A DNA stretch of 64,000 bases, from assembly GCA_030390025.1 (NCBI GenBank), contig CM059431.1:138076001-138140000 (forward strand), read 5' to 3'. This DNA is from Squalus acanthias (taxonomy: Eukaryota). This document shows positions 36,084 to 47,900 of the stretch, piece by piece (the stretch's first letter is position 1; the number at the start of each line of letters is the position of its first letter). A program made the translations under genes and the position numbers. The notes below the pieces were generated by a model. That model ran no database searches. It was given only the letters and a program-made list of their open reading frames with translations, and was not told the DNA's origin.

Positions 36084-36333
36084 TGTTGAGGTTGCCGCGA
36101 AACACGAATTATGACTGAATCTACGTGTGGAAAACAAAGGCTTTTTAATACAACTGCATGGTTCAAAATGGCTGAAATCCACTGCACCCAGAATTCTCTG
36201 GAAAAACCCTGAGGCCCCGCCCACTCCTTTTCTCCTGCCTTAAAGGCAATGTGCCTCAAAGGCAAGGTGCCCGATTTATTTGTCCACGGACGGAGAAGTG
36301 GAATATGCCCGTTTAGGTTTGCGATCCACCACA
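36084..36333 (-). repeat. Gypsy 3' LTR
   Basis: TG...CA termini; ~90% identical to 40338-40586 by hand count. Confidence 0.92.
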
Positions 36334-37592
36334 CAGCTCCCCACAGAATCCGCTTAGGAGGTGTGGACGAGACGGTGCGGCGGTCTGATGGGCCAGCAGG
36401 AGCGGCTCTTGTACGACGCCAGTGGACGTGGAACGGCCGGGCATGGAGCAGCCGGGTGAACCGGCTTGAGGGCAGGTCGGGCGCATGGTGCTGGACGAGC
36501 CACGGGGACTTGCTTACCGGGCTCCGAGTGTGCTGGCTTGAGTCGGTCAACCGACATTTTTTCGGTCCTGTCGCCCACTTGCAGGGTTAAATATTTGTCC
36601 CCAGCCTGTAGCACCCTGTAGGGCCCGTTGTACTGGGGTTGAAGGGGTCCGTGGTGGGCGTCGTGCCGGATGAAAACGAACCGTGCTTGGTGCAGGCTTA
36701 GTGGGACGTGTGAGGTGGATTCGCCGTGTCGGGCAATGGGCACCGTGTCGAACTGCAGCGCCGGTGAGGCGAAGTCGTGGCGTTGCTGGTCGGCTGACCA
36801 GGGTGTCGTGGCGGTGGGCAGGAACTCGCCGGGTACGCGCAGCGGCTGACCGTACACGAGCTCTGCTGCCGATGCGTGGAGGTCTTCTTTAACCGCAGTG
36901 CGCAGGCCGAGGAGGACCCATGGAAGTCGGTCGGTCCAGGCGCCGGCCTGGAGGCTGGCTTGAAGAGATGCCTTCAAGGATCGGTGGAACCGCTCACACA
37001 GTCCGTTGGCTTGTGGATGGTACGCTGTGGTGCGGTGAATGGTCACCCCGAGATTGCGTGCGATGGCGGTCCAGAGTTCAGAGGTAAATTGCGGACCTGT
37101 GTCCGAAATCATGTCGGAGGGGACGCCAAACCGTGCAATCCAAGTGCTGACGAAGGCTCTGGCGATGTCGGCGGCGGTGGTAGAGGTCAGTGGAATTGCC
37201 TCGGGCCAGTGCGTGGTGCGTTCAACGATCGTCAGCAAGTGCGTGTGGCCTTGCGACGGCGGCAGGGGCCCAACGATGTCCACGTGGATGTGGTCGAATC
37301 TACGCGAGGGTACGGTAAACTCCTCTAGGGGTGCTTTCGTGTGTTGCTGTACCTTGGCCCGTTTGCAGGCTAGGCAGGAGTTGGCTCAAGTACGCACATC
37401 CTTATGAAGGCCACGCCAGACAAAGCGGTTGGCTACCAATTTGATGGATGTGTGGGCGCCGGGGTGTGAGAGGTTGTGGAGAATGTCGGATACCCGGCGG
37501 CGCCAGGACGCTGGGACGACGGGCCGAGGTTGACATAGGGATATGTCACGCTTGACCGTGACTGCGGTCGGGCCACAGGCGACGTCGGCCAG

Positions 37593-37722
37593 GTTCTGAT
37601 GAAAGGTCATCGACCTGAAACGTCAACTCTCTTTCTCTCTCCACGGATGCTGCCTGGCCTGCTGAGTTTTTCCAGCGTTTTCTGTTGTTATTTCGGATTT
37701 CCAGCATCTGCAGTATTTTGCT
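37593..37722 (+). mobile_element. Short Penelope-type non-autonomous element with minimal hammerhead core
   Basis: gtt-CTGATGA-a-aggtc-atc-gacct-GAAAC-GTC-aac; AT-richer insert within the GC-rich Gypsy pol; second copy at 49217-49351. Confidence 0.75.
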
Positions 37723-40322
37723 ATCGTATAGCCTGGTAGGTTGGTAGTTGCGGAGAGCAGATCAGGGTCGGTGATCTGGTCTGCTGCGAGTTGAGCGTAG
37801 TCGACTGCCAGGTGTGAGGCGTGGATAGCGGGGCGGGTGAGTCAGTCGGCTACCACATTGTCTCGGCCGGAGACGTGTTCGATGTCCGTGGTGAACTCGG
37901 ACACTGCCACGAGCTGGCGCTGCTGCCTGGCGGTCCAGGGGTCGGTTGTCTTTGCCATTGCGAATGTCAGGGGCTTGTGGTCGACAAACGAAGTGAAGGG
38001 GTGGCCGTCAAGCAAAAACCGAAAATGGCGGACCGCCAGGAACAGCGCGAGGAGCTCGTGGTCGAAGGTGCTGTACTTGACCTCCGGGGGGTGTAGTTGA
38101 CGGCTGAAGAAGGCAAGTGGTTGCCAGGCGCCGTCGACCCACTGCTCATACCCGGCGCTGACTGCATGGTCGGAGGCGTCCGTGGTGAGCGCTACCCTGG
38201 CATTGGGCCGTGGGTGCGCGAGCGAGGTGGCGTTGGCGAGCGCGGTCTTGGTGGAGTCGAAGGCGGCGGACGTGTCTGCTGTCCATTCGCCCGCCATCTT
38301 GCCGCTCCTGCCCTGGACGGCTTCTTACAGGGGCCTCATGAGGGATGCCGCTTTTGGGATGAAGCGGTTTTAGAAATTCACCAACCCGAGGAACTCCTGG
38401 AGGCCTTTGATGGTGGTGGGGCGGGGAAATTGTTGGATGGTCTGCACCTTGGTGGGCAGGGGAATGGCCCCAGCATGGGTGATGTGGTGGCCGAGGAAGT
38501 CGATCTTGTCCAGGCTGAACTGGCATTTGGCTGGGCTGAGGATGAGCCCGTGGTCACTGAGGCGCCCGAACAGGATGCGAAGGTGTTCGAGGTGTTCCTG
38601 CTTGGAGGAACTGGCTACCAGGATGTCGTCCAGGTACACGTACAGGAACATCAGGTCCCGAACGAACGAGTCCATGAGCCGTTGGAATGTCTGGGCCGCG
38701 TTTTTGAGGCCGAAGGGCATCCGCAGGAACTCGAAAAGGTCGAAGGGGGTGATTACGGCCGTATTGGGGACGTCCGCGGGGTGGACAGGGACTTGGTGGT
38801 AGCCGCGCGCATGGCCGAACTCGGAAAAGACTGAGCGGCCGGCCAGTCTAGCCGAGAAGTCCTGAATGTGTGGCATGGGGTACCGACAGGGGTTGTGGCG
38901 TCGTTGAGGCGGAGGTAATCCCCGCAGGGGCGCCAACCCCCGCCTGGTTTGGGGACGATGTGGAGTGGGGAGGCCCAGGGACTGTTGGAGCGGCGGATGA
39001 TGCCGAGCTGTTCCATGGTGGTAAACTCGGTCTGCGCGATCTCCAGTTTGGCTGGGTCCAGCCTGCGGGCATGGGCGTACACTGGGGGGCCTGTGGTAGG
39101 GATGAATTGTTCTACCCCGTGTTTGGCGTCCTCCGCGGAGAAGGTCGAATTGGTAAGGGCCGGGAATTCAGCCAGGAGAGCCGAGTAGTCATACTGACCC
39201 GGGCGTGGCACTGTGACGCCATGTCGGCGGGTTGACGGGGGGGCCATGGTGCCCAGGATGGGGGGCATGGTGTTCATGTCCATGAGGCGGTGACGAGGGA
39301 TGTCTACCAGTAGGCCGTGGGTGCACAGGAAATCTGTGCCGATGAGAGTGGAAAGCACCTTGGCAGTGATGAACTCCCATCGGTAGCGGCGACCAGCGAG
39401 GTCGAGGGTGACTGTCCGAGTGCTGTACTTCCGGATTTCTGAGCCGTTAGCAGCAGCCAGCGCCGGTCCTCATTCGCCCTTTTGGATGTTGAGGGAGGAG
39501 GCCGGGATGATGCTGTGCTGAGCTCCTAAGTTGCACAGGAACCGGCGGCCGGTTTTGTCATCCGTGACGTAGAGCCGGGAGCCGGCGTGGCCCACGGCCA
39601 TCGCGGGGGCTGGTATGGGGGCGGACTTGAAACAACAGGGAGGTGTGCACCATTGTGTCCTGGAGCCGAACCGCGTGTAGTAGTAACAGCGGCCCAGGTT
39701 AGTGGGGCGTGAAGGCCCCGTGGGCCTGGTGGCTGGTCCTTGTGGCTGCGTGGTGGCCGGTGAGGGGCGCGCCCAGGCATTTGCTGCCAGGTCCGGAGTG
39801 ACGTCCCGGCTGGAGTGAGCGGACAGCAGCTTGTCGGCCTGATTGGCCAGCGCTTCCAGGTTCGTGAGGCCAGACGCCACAATCGCTGTGCGGATGCTGA
39901 GAGGGAGCTGGCGGATGAACAGCGTGCGGAAGAGGAATCCGGGTGGTCTCTCGTCAGTGAGGGAGAGCATGTGGGAGAGGAGGTCTGGCGTTGAGGCATC
40001 ACCGAGGCCTGGAAGGTCGAGGAGGTAGCTGTTTCACTGGTATGCCGAGGCCATAAATGTTTTAAGGAGCGTTGCCTTAAGATGTGCATTCTTGCCTTCC
40101 TCTGGTGGGTTCTTCAACGCTGTCCAAACCTTCAAAACTGTGGCGCTACCGAGTGATGTGACGAGATAGTCATACTGCATCCCATCTGTGGTGAAGTTTC
40201 GCAGCCGGAAGCGTAATTCAGCTTGGAGAAACCAGGCTTCGGGCTGGTTTTCCCAAAACTCCGGCAGTTTCACGGAAACTGCGTTTGTGTTCGCCATTGC
40301 AGTGCTCGGAATACGTTCAGAG

Positions 40323-40336
40323 CGTCGGGGTCACCA
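40323..40336 (-). other. Primer-binding site complementary to the 3' end of tRNA-Trp
   Basis: TGGTGACCCCGACG immediately inside the 5' LTR. Confidence 0.85.
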
Positions 40337-40337
40337 A

Positions 40338-40586
40338 TGTTGAGGCTGCCGCGAAACACGAATTAAGACTGAATCCATGTGTGGAAAACAAAGTCTTTTT
40401 AATACAACTGCATGGTCCAAAATGGCTGAAACCCACTGCTCCCAGAATTCTCTGGAAAAACCCTGAGAGCCCGCCCTCTCCTTTTCTCCTGCCTTAAAGG
40501 TAAGTTGCCTTAAAGGCAAGGTGCCCGATTTTTTGGTCCACGGACGGAAAGGTGGAAAATGCCCGTTTCGGTGGCGATCCGCCACA
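40338..40586 (-). repeat. Gypsy 5' LTR
   Basis: Direct repeat of 36084-36333, adjacent to the PBS. Confidence 0.92.
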
Positions 40587-42770
40587 ACCATAATATTATA
40601 GAATTTTATATCGAGGTTGAAAGTGACTTAGTTTAATACGAAACTAGGGTGATAAATCTAAACAAAGCAAATTATATAGGTATAAGGAGGAAGTTGGCTA
40701 AGGTAGATTGGGAAACTACGTTAAAAGGTTTGACAGTGGACGAGCAATGGCTAGCATTTAAAGAATTAAAACATAATTTACAACAAATATACATTCCTTT
40801 AAGGCATAAAAACCCCACAGGAAAAGTGATCCAACCATGGCTAACAAGAGAAGTTAAACATAGTATTAGGTCAAAGGAAGCGGCTTTTAATGCTGCCAAA
40901 AAGAGTAGTAAGTCTGAGGATTGGGAGAATTTTAAAATTCAGCAAAGGAGGATCAAGAAATTGAAGAAGAAATGGAAAATAGAATATGAGAGAAAACTAG
41001 GGACAGACATAAAAACAGTCTGAAAAGCCTTCTATAGATATGTAAATAGGCAAAGATTAGCAAAAGTAAATGTGGCTCCCTTACAGACTGAGACAGGTGA
41101 AACTATAATGCGGAATAAGGAAATGGCAGAGATATTGCACAAATACGTTGTGTCTGTTTTCACAGAAGAACACACACAAAACTTCCCGGAAATAGTGGAC
41201 AACCAAGGGTCTAGCGAGATTTTGGAACGGAAAGATATTAGGATTTGTGAAAAAGCAGTACTGGAGAAATTAATGGGACTAAAAGTCGATAAATCCCCTG
41301 GATCTGATGGCTTACATCCTAAGGTTTTGAATGAGTTGGTTATGGTGATAGTGGATGCATTGGTTGTCAATTTCCAAAATTCTGTAGATTCTAGAATGGT
41401 TCCCACGAGTTGGAAGGTAGCAAATGTAACCCCACTATTGAGGAAAGGAGGGAGAGAGAAAACGGGAACTACAGAGCAGTTAGGCTGACATCAATAGTAG
41501 GGAAAATGCTAGAATCTGTTATTAATGACGTGGTAACAGGGCACTTAGAAAATAATAATAGGTTTGGGCAGAGTCAACACGGATTTATGAAAGGGAAATC
41601 GTGTTTGACAGATCTGTTAGAGTTTTTTAGGTTGTAACTAGCAGAATAGATAAGGGGGATCCAGTGGATGTGGTGTATTTGAATTTTCAGAAGGTTTCGA
41701 TAAGGTGCCACACAAGAGGTTATTCAACAAAATTAGGGCTCATGGGATTGGTGGTAATATACTAGCATGGACTGAGGATTGGTTAACGGACAGAAAACAG
41801 AGAGTAGGAATAAACGAGTCATTTTCGCGTTTGCAGGCTGTAACTAGTGGGTACCGCAAGGATCAATGCAGGCCCGCAGCTATTCACAATCTACATCAGT
41901 GATTTGGATGAGGGGACCAAAAGTAATATATCTAAATTTACTAATGGCAAATGGAGAAATGTGAAGTTATCCACATTGGTAGGAAAACAGAAAAGCTGAG
42001 TATTTTTAAATGGTGCGAAATGGAGAAATGTTATTGTTCAGAGGGACCTGGGTATCCTTGCACACTAATCACTGAAATTTAACATACAGGTACATCAAGC
42101 AATTAGGAAAGCAAATGGTATGTTGGCCTTTTTTGCAAGAGGATTTGAGTCTAAGAATGAAGACGTCTTCCTGCAATTATATAGGGCCCTGATGAGATCA
42201 CACCTGGAGTATTGTGCACAGTTTTGGTCTCCTTACCTAAGGAAGGATGTATTTGCCATAGAGGGAGTGCAACGAAGGTTCACCATACTGATTTCTGGGA
42301 TGGGGGGATTCTCTAATGAGAAGAGATTGAGTTGACCAGCTCTATATTCTATAGAGTTTAGAAGAATGGGAAGTGATCTCATTGAAAGATACAAATTCTT
42401 ACAGGGCTTGACAGGGTAGATGCATGAAGGATGTTTCCCCTGGTTGCGGAGTCCAGCACCAGGGGTCACAGACTCAGAATAAGGAGTCGGCCATTTACGA
42501 CTGAGATGAGCAGGAATTTCTTCAGTCAGAGTGTGGTGAACCTTTGGAATTCTCTACCCCAGAGGGCTGTGGAGGCTCAGTCGTTGAGTATATTCAAGAC
42601 AGAGATCGATAGATTTTTGAATATTAAGCGAATCAAGGGATATGGGGTAGTGCAGGAACGTGGAGTTGAGGGAGAAGATCAGCCATGATCTTATTGAATG
42701 GCGGAGAAGGCTCTAAAGGACCAAATGGCCTTCTCCTGCTCCTATTTCTTGTGTACTGTTGTTCTTATGA
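40587..42770 (+). mobile_element. Degenerate CR1 LINE, continuation of 35340-36083 to the 3' end
   Basis: Resumes at HNIIEF; RT pieces with a deletion near 41950; 3'UTR ends ~42770. Confidence 0.88.
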
Positions 42771-42949
42771 ATGCAAGCTATGGAAGCGCTTCCCAAATTT
42801 TCCGATAATCTGCTCGCTGTGTGTGTGAGACTCCGGCCGCAGGGCAGGTCTGGGAGATCCCAGCGCTGGAGTTGACAAGCAGAAAGTAGTTAAGAAAGTG
42901 TTAGTGGGTGTGGAATTAAAATGTATTCATCCATTTAATAGAGAATAGG

Positions 42950-43690
42950 AGACAGCGTGGGTAGAAGTCATTATGTAGGGAGCAATATTAAGGATAAAGT
43001 AAATGCCTTATAAATTATCAAAAAAATCTAGCAGGTAGATAGTATGGACAAGCAAAGACTGTTTGGTAAATATTCGGAGTAGTTCACAAGTGAATTACTG
43101 AAGCAGGGCTTGTATGAGTGGCAGCGATCAACTGATTTGAAATGTTATTACAGAATTCAACCAGATAAAATGGGAACCTGGAATCCAGGGACACAGACAC
43201 CCCGAGATAACGAATGGGGTCTGACTTGAGTACCGGTTTATTGACACTTTTGCAAGTTTCCTCAATTAGAGACGATTCCTGAGGATTTGACAATGGCCGC
43301 AATAATCCCAGTGTTTAAAATAAGGTCGGTAGAGATCCAGTGAGTGAGCACCTGGGAAAGGAGGAAAGTAAAACAGAATTATATTGGTTTGAGGGGCGAT
43401 TTGTCATCTTTAACTAACCTGCTGGAGTTTCTGAAACACATCACTGGCCTGTAAGGCAGGGGAAATGAAGTGGGAATGACCCAGTCTGATTTTAATGAAG
43501 CAGCGAACAAGGTTCCACATCTACAAACGGTGAGAAATTATGGGATGGGTGGGAGATCTGGCACTGCACAGACAGCTCATTACAAAATAAAAGTAGATTA
43601 TGGACAAATGGAAACCTGTAAGAGACAGGGTGACTATTGAACCTCTGGAATCTTCCTTGGTACCAATTTATTTAAAATCTTTTGTTCAAT
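42950..43690 (+). mobile_element. Very old CR1-like RT remnant
   Basis: SPGTQTPEI/ DLTMAAIIPVFK and LTNLLEFL-like remnants. Confidence 0.5.
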
Positions 43691-44606
43691 AGAACCAATG
43701 TGCAACCGTATAATAAGACGGTAATTACCAAAGATTCTTTCTGACCGTTTCCAAATGTTCAGCCACAGACAAGAATACTTAATATCAATTTGATTTTACC
43801 TGAATTTCTGGCATTGTTTTCAAAAAGTTACTTGCAACAATTGTAATAGTTAAGAACCTTATGAATAAACATTAATGTGTACATTCCTTAACATTTTGTT
43901 TGGGAGACTGATTGAGACATAGTAGCAATAATATTACCCCTGATACTTTTATCGACAGCACAAAACAACAGCAGGCCCCATCTTTGTGCTGAGTGAGAGA
44001 CTACAGTCAGTGAACAATCGAGATTTTAAATCAGTATCTGGGACAAAAGAGGTGAAAGGTCACATCGATGAGCCGAATATCGACTGTTTCCTACATTCGA
44101 ACATTGATCACGTGACAAGATCCAGCTCCATTTGTCAATGAGGAATGGAGTCCGATAGAGAGACCCGCGCCTGCAATATTCACACCAAACCTGCAGGAAA
44201 GTACCAATATCAGCGATCGCAAGATCTTTGATTGTTTCGGCACCGAATGATTCTTTATTGATGATTTTAAACTGGCGCGCCCGATCCCAGTACCTGCAGT
44301 GTAAGGTGGATTCCTCTTTTGCCCACTTTCCGACTCCACTGCTGAACCTCATCATTGTTATCTATGATCCCTGAATTTGAATTGTGATAAATTCGCTGGA
44401 ATAGGTAATGTTTACTCAGCAAAAGCAGTGTGAAAAACTAAAAAAATGCAGACATCAAACGCATGCTGCAAAATGGAAGAAAGGTTTACACAAGAACTCA
44501 TCCATTTTTCACATTACCAGAAAGAAAGAATTTTTACGGTGGAAAAGGAGTTGAAATTGAGCTTTAGTTACAAGGAAGCTTTTGTTTAACCTGATTCTTC
44601 TTATTC

Positions 44607-46020
44607 TCATTTACTAACTAATCTCAGAATTAGTGTCCAGGGACATTTTACCACATTCTTCAGCTCTTCTCTGAATTTCCTCTGGGTCGCTACATAAATA
44701 CAAGGCTTTTGAAAGCAACTCAAAAACTTCAGCATGACTCCGGTTTCAGAGGCGATATATCCAGGGTCTGTGCGGTCACCTCATTAATAGATGATATTTG
44801 TCTGTCTGGTAGTTACAAAACTCACGGCAGTTGTCAGCCACAATAGTATAAAACTGCCCGATATAGTGAACAGTAAAATGATGGATTTCCTTCTGTTCTC
44901 CATCTCTGGATCGCTCTAATTCTCACTCCTGTGACCCCGGAGTCCCCTGCGGGCTCTGCTGGCCACTAAAACACGTTGAACGGTTAAAGAATTAAACAAG
45001 GCGATTAAAGTTAAAGGAAGCCAGAGGACCCAGGCGCTGTGAAACCAGACGGATGCTATGCCTGGAGGTGAGGTAAAAAAAAGCTATACTTGACCCACAG
45101 CCCACTGCACCTTACTAATTATTTGCTCAGATTCAAATGCAAAACGGGGATGTCCTTTAATAAAATCAGGACCTTGAACGCTGTTATAACCGCGGCCGCA
45201 GTTCTCTCGATGCAATACTTGTCTTTAAATTTCTGACAGCAGATAACTACACATCGGTCAAATGTGAAGGAGACGGTGAACCAAACAGAAACATCGAGGT
45301 TGATAGCAGTGATGTATAGAATGAACTTACACACGGGAGTGTGGGACAGGAATGAAAGTGGAAAGTGATAACCAAAAATATAATAACTATTACATTGATG
45401 ATAATGAAAAATAGATCTGCTGTTGCCATGGCCACCAGGTAGACAGATATACACTTGGAAAGGCCGCAGTTTTCTCGGTAGAGAATAAAATTGTCAACAA
45501 GTTCGCTGTAAGAGAGAGAGAGAGGAGAGAAATAATGTTCCAGTGTCTGATTAAAATATATATGGAGAGGCCTGTGGAGAGCATTTTACTCCATTCAGTG
45601 TGATTATCAACACGGAGCAGTGTGAGAACATGATTTGTATTGGAGCCATTACCTGGGAAACCCACCCACACATTTTAATGAGCTGCTGCAGCGCTCACTC
45701 TGCACGGGGGGACAAGACGGTCCGGAAATCCGGTAAAATCCTTGTATTGGTACTTTATAAAGCATTGCAACATCAGTGAGGTTATTGGATTAAGGGAAGC
45801 GTGGGAAGTGTGCATAGGAGGTTCACGAGCTGGCTCCAGTCACAACCGACTATTTAATACTTACATTTAGTAAACACGTTACCTGATCCAACAGGCTGAA
45901 CAGGGTTACAATTAACACCGATTAACAATAAACAGGTTAGAATTGCTCACCGGGGACACCGACGGCTGCGAGAATCGGGTAGTAAATCTCTGTGATCAGC
46001 AGAATAGTTGAGTGACCCAT
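44607..46020 (-). pseudogene. GPR139/GPR142-like GPCR pseudogene, paralog of 18724-20158
   Basis: Exon 1 46020-45951 (MGHSTILLITEIYYPILAAVGVP), 445-bp intron, exon 2 from 45505 with several frameshifts and stops; SVWFTVSFTFDRC, DPEMENRRKSIILLF. Confidence 0.9.
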
Positions 46021-46478
46021 TTTCTGTGAGAATGGATGAATTCTGTCGGAGCTGAAAGACTCTGGCTGGCGCACGGCTGAGGCAATGGCAGGGAACCTAT
46101 ATTTATCCACAAAACAGTCCTGCAGGGAGTCAATCAGGTTAAATCATAATTAGCGTTAGTTACAATCATTTTACCAATATACTCAGGTAAATTGATTTTT
46201 TTCTGATACGTCAGATTAAAGAAATAGTTGAAATTGTTAATGGAAAGTTTAATAAAAAAACAAAATTAAAGCATTCTTTACAATCAGAGAGTTGAATCTC
46301 CCAGTGCTGCTGCTGCCTCTATTACTACAGGAGCATTGAAGGCAGCTCCCCTAGCATTACACGTCCTGACCCTCTGCTTGACTCAGTTTTATTGCTCAAA
46401 CTCATCCAGAACAGGCGGTATTGACCACAGTCATGCAGCTTTAAAGGTAACCGTGTTCCTCTGGCAGTTGTAGTAAAC

Positions 46479-47345
46479 CTACACTTCCACTAGAGGTGAG
46501 AGTGTTCCTTCTGTGCTTGTGAAAGCCTTACACTTAAACTAGAGGCGCCCGTGCTTCTCCGTTAATAACGGTAGCCCCTACACTTACACTGGAGATGAGG
46601 GTGCTCCTTCAATGCTAGTGGTGAACTACACTGATACTCGAGGTGACCTTGCTCCTCAGGTACTAGCGATACCCCTGCAATTAGACTAGTGCTGGACGTA
46701 AACGTTCTGTTATAGTAGTTCCCCACACTTACACCAGCAGTGCTCCTGCTTCTACTGTACGAGTGGTACCCCTACATATACTATAGTGTTGACCATGCGC
46801 CAGCAGTAGTAGTGGTAACCCCACACTTACAATGGTAGTGATAGTGCTCTACTAGTATTAGTGGTAACCTGCAATTACACACGAGCTGACCGTCCTCGAC
46901 TGGTACTCGTGTTACCGCTACACATACACTAGAGGTGGCCATGCTCCACCTGTACTATTGTTAATCCTATACTTATATTAGAGGTGAACACGCTCCTCCC
47001 TGTCTAGTGGTACCCTACACTTCTATTAGGTGTGACCATGTTTCCCGGTACTAGTGGTACTCACACACTTGCAATGATACTGACATTTTTCTTCTGGTAT
47101 TAGTGGCAGCGTACATTTACACAAGAGCTGACCGTACTCCTCCTGTACTAGCAGTACCCCTCCACTAACACTAATGTTGAACGTGGTCGTACGCTATTCG
47201 TGGTTCCCTACATTTAAACCAGCGGTGATCCTGCTTTTAAGGTACTTGTGCTAAGCCGAAACATACATCAGATGTGACCCTGCTCCTCTGGTATTAGGCT
47301 GCCTACCGTTACACTAGAGGTGACAATGCTCTTCCTCTGCTATTG
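46479..47345. repeat. Degenerate ~49-bp tandem array (~18 units) upstream of GPCR copy 2
   Basis: Consensus ~ctacacttacactagaggtgaccgtgctcctcctgtactagtggtaccc; unit starts at ~46479, 46528, 46578, 46626 and onward. Confidence 0.85.
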
Positions 47346-47519
47346 ATGATTATATTCCTATTGGAGGCCCCACTCTTGTTGCACTGACGGCGACCAATCA
47401 ACTGCACGACTGGCGATGAATCTGCTTTTGCAGCATTGGTGTTATACCAAGTACTCGAACACAAGGACTGACCAGTTTTGCAGCAGCAATGATAGACCTA
47501 CTGCTGGGATACAATAAAT

Positions 47520-47900
47520 AATATAAGAACATCAGAAATTATGAGGGGCCTAGATAGAGTTCACAGCAAGGGCCTATTTCATTTTGCAGAGAGGTCAATA
47601 AACAGAAGGCATAGTTTTTAATTAAGTGGTAGAAGGATTTGACGGGAGATGATGATAACTGTTTCCACCCAGAGGTCCGTTGGGGTCTGGAATTCACTGT
47701 CTGAAATGGTGGTAGAGGTAGAAACCCTCATCGCATTTACAACGTATTGAATATGGACTTGAAGTGCTGTAACCTACAGGCTGCGGCCCAACAGTTGGAA
47801 AATGGGGTTAGGCAGGCAGGCTCTTTCTCGGCCGGCACAGACACGATGGGTCGAATGGCCTCCTTCTCTGCCGTACATTTGTAAGATTCTATGATTCTAT
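47520..47900 (+). mobile_element. Old CR1 3' fragment
   Basis: IMRGLDRV and WNSLSE remnants; (ATTCTATG)n tail. Confidence 0.7.

Larger units (their letters stand above)
36084..40586 (-). mobile_element. Full-length degenerate Ty3/Gypsy LTR retrotransposon
   Basis: Two ~250-bp LTRs, TSD acca (36080-36083 / 40587-40590); gag (VKLPEFW), protease, RT (MPFGLKNA, YLDDIL), RNase H (TDASD), integrase (DIVGPLP, GLCERFHR, GPY) in Gypsy order with frameshifts. Confidence 0.95.

Noticed and set aside
46479..47345. 49-bp array as CRISPR-like or as a zinc-finger coding repeat
   Set aside because: The whole unit is degenerate with no repeat/spacer split; the period is not a multiple of three and there is no ORF
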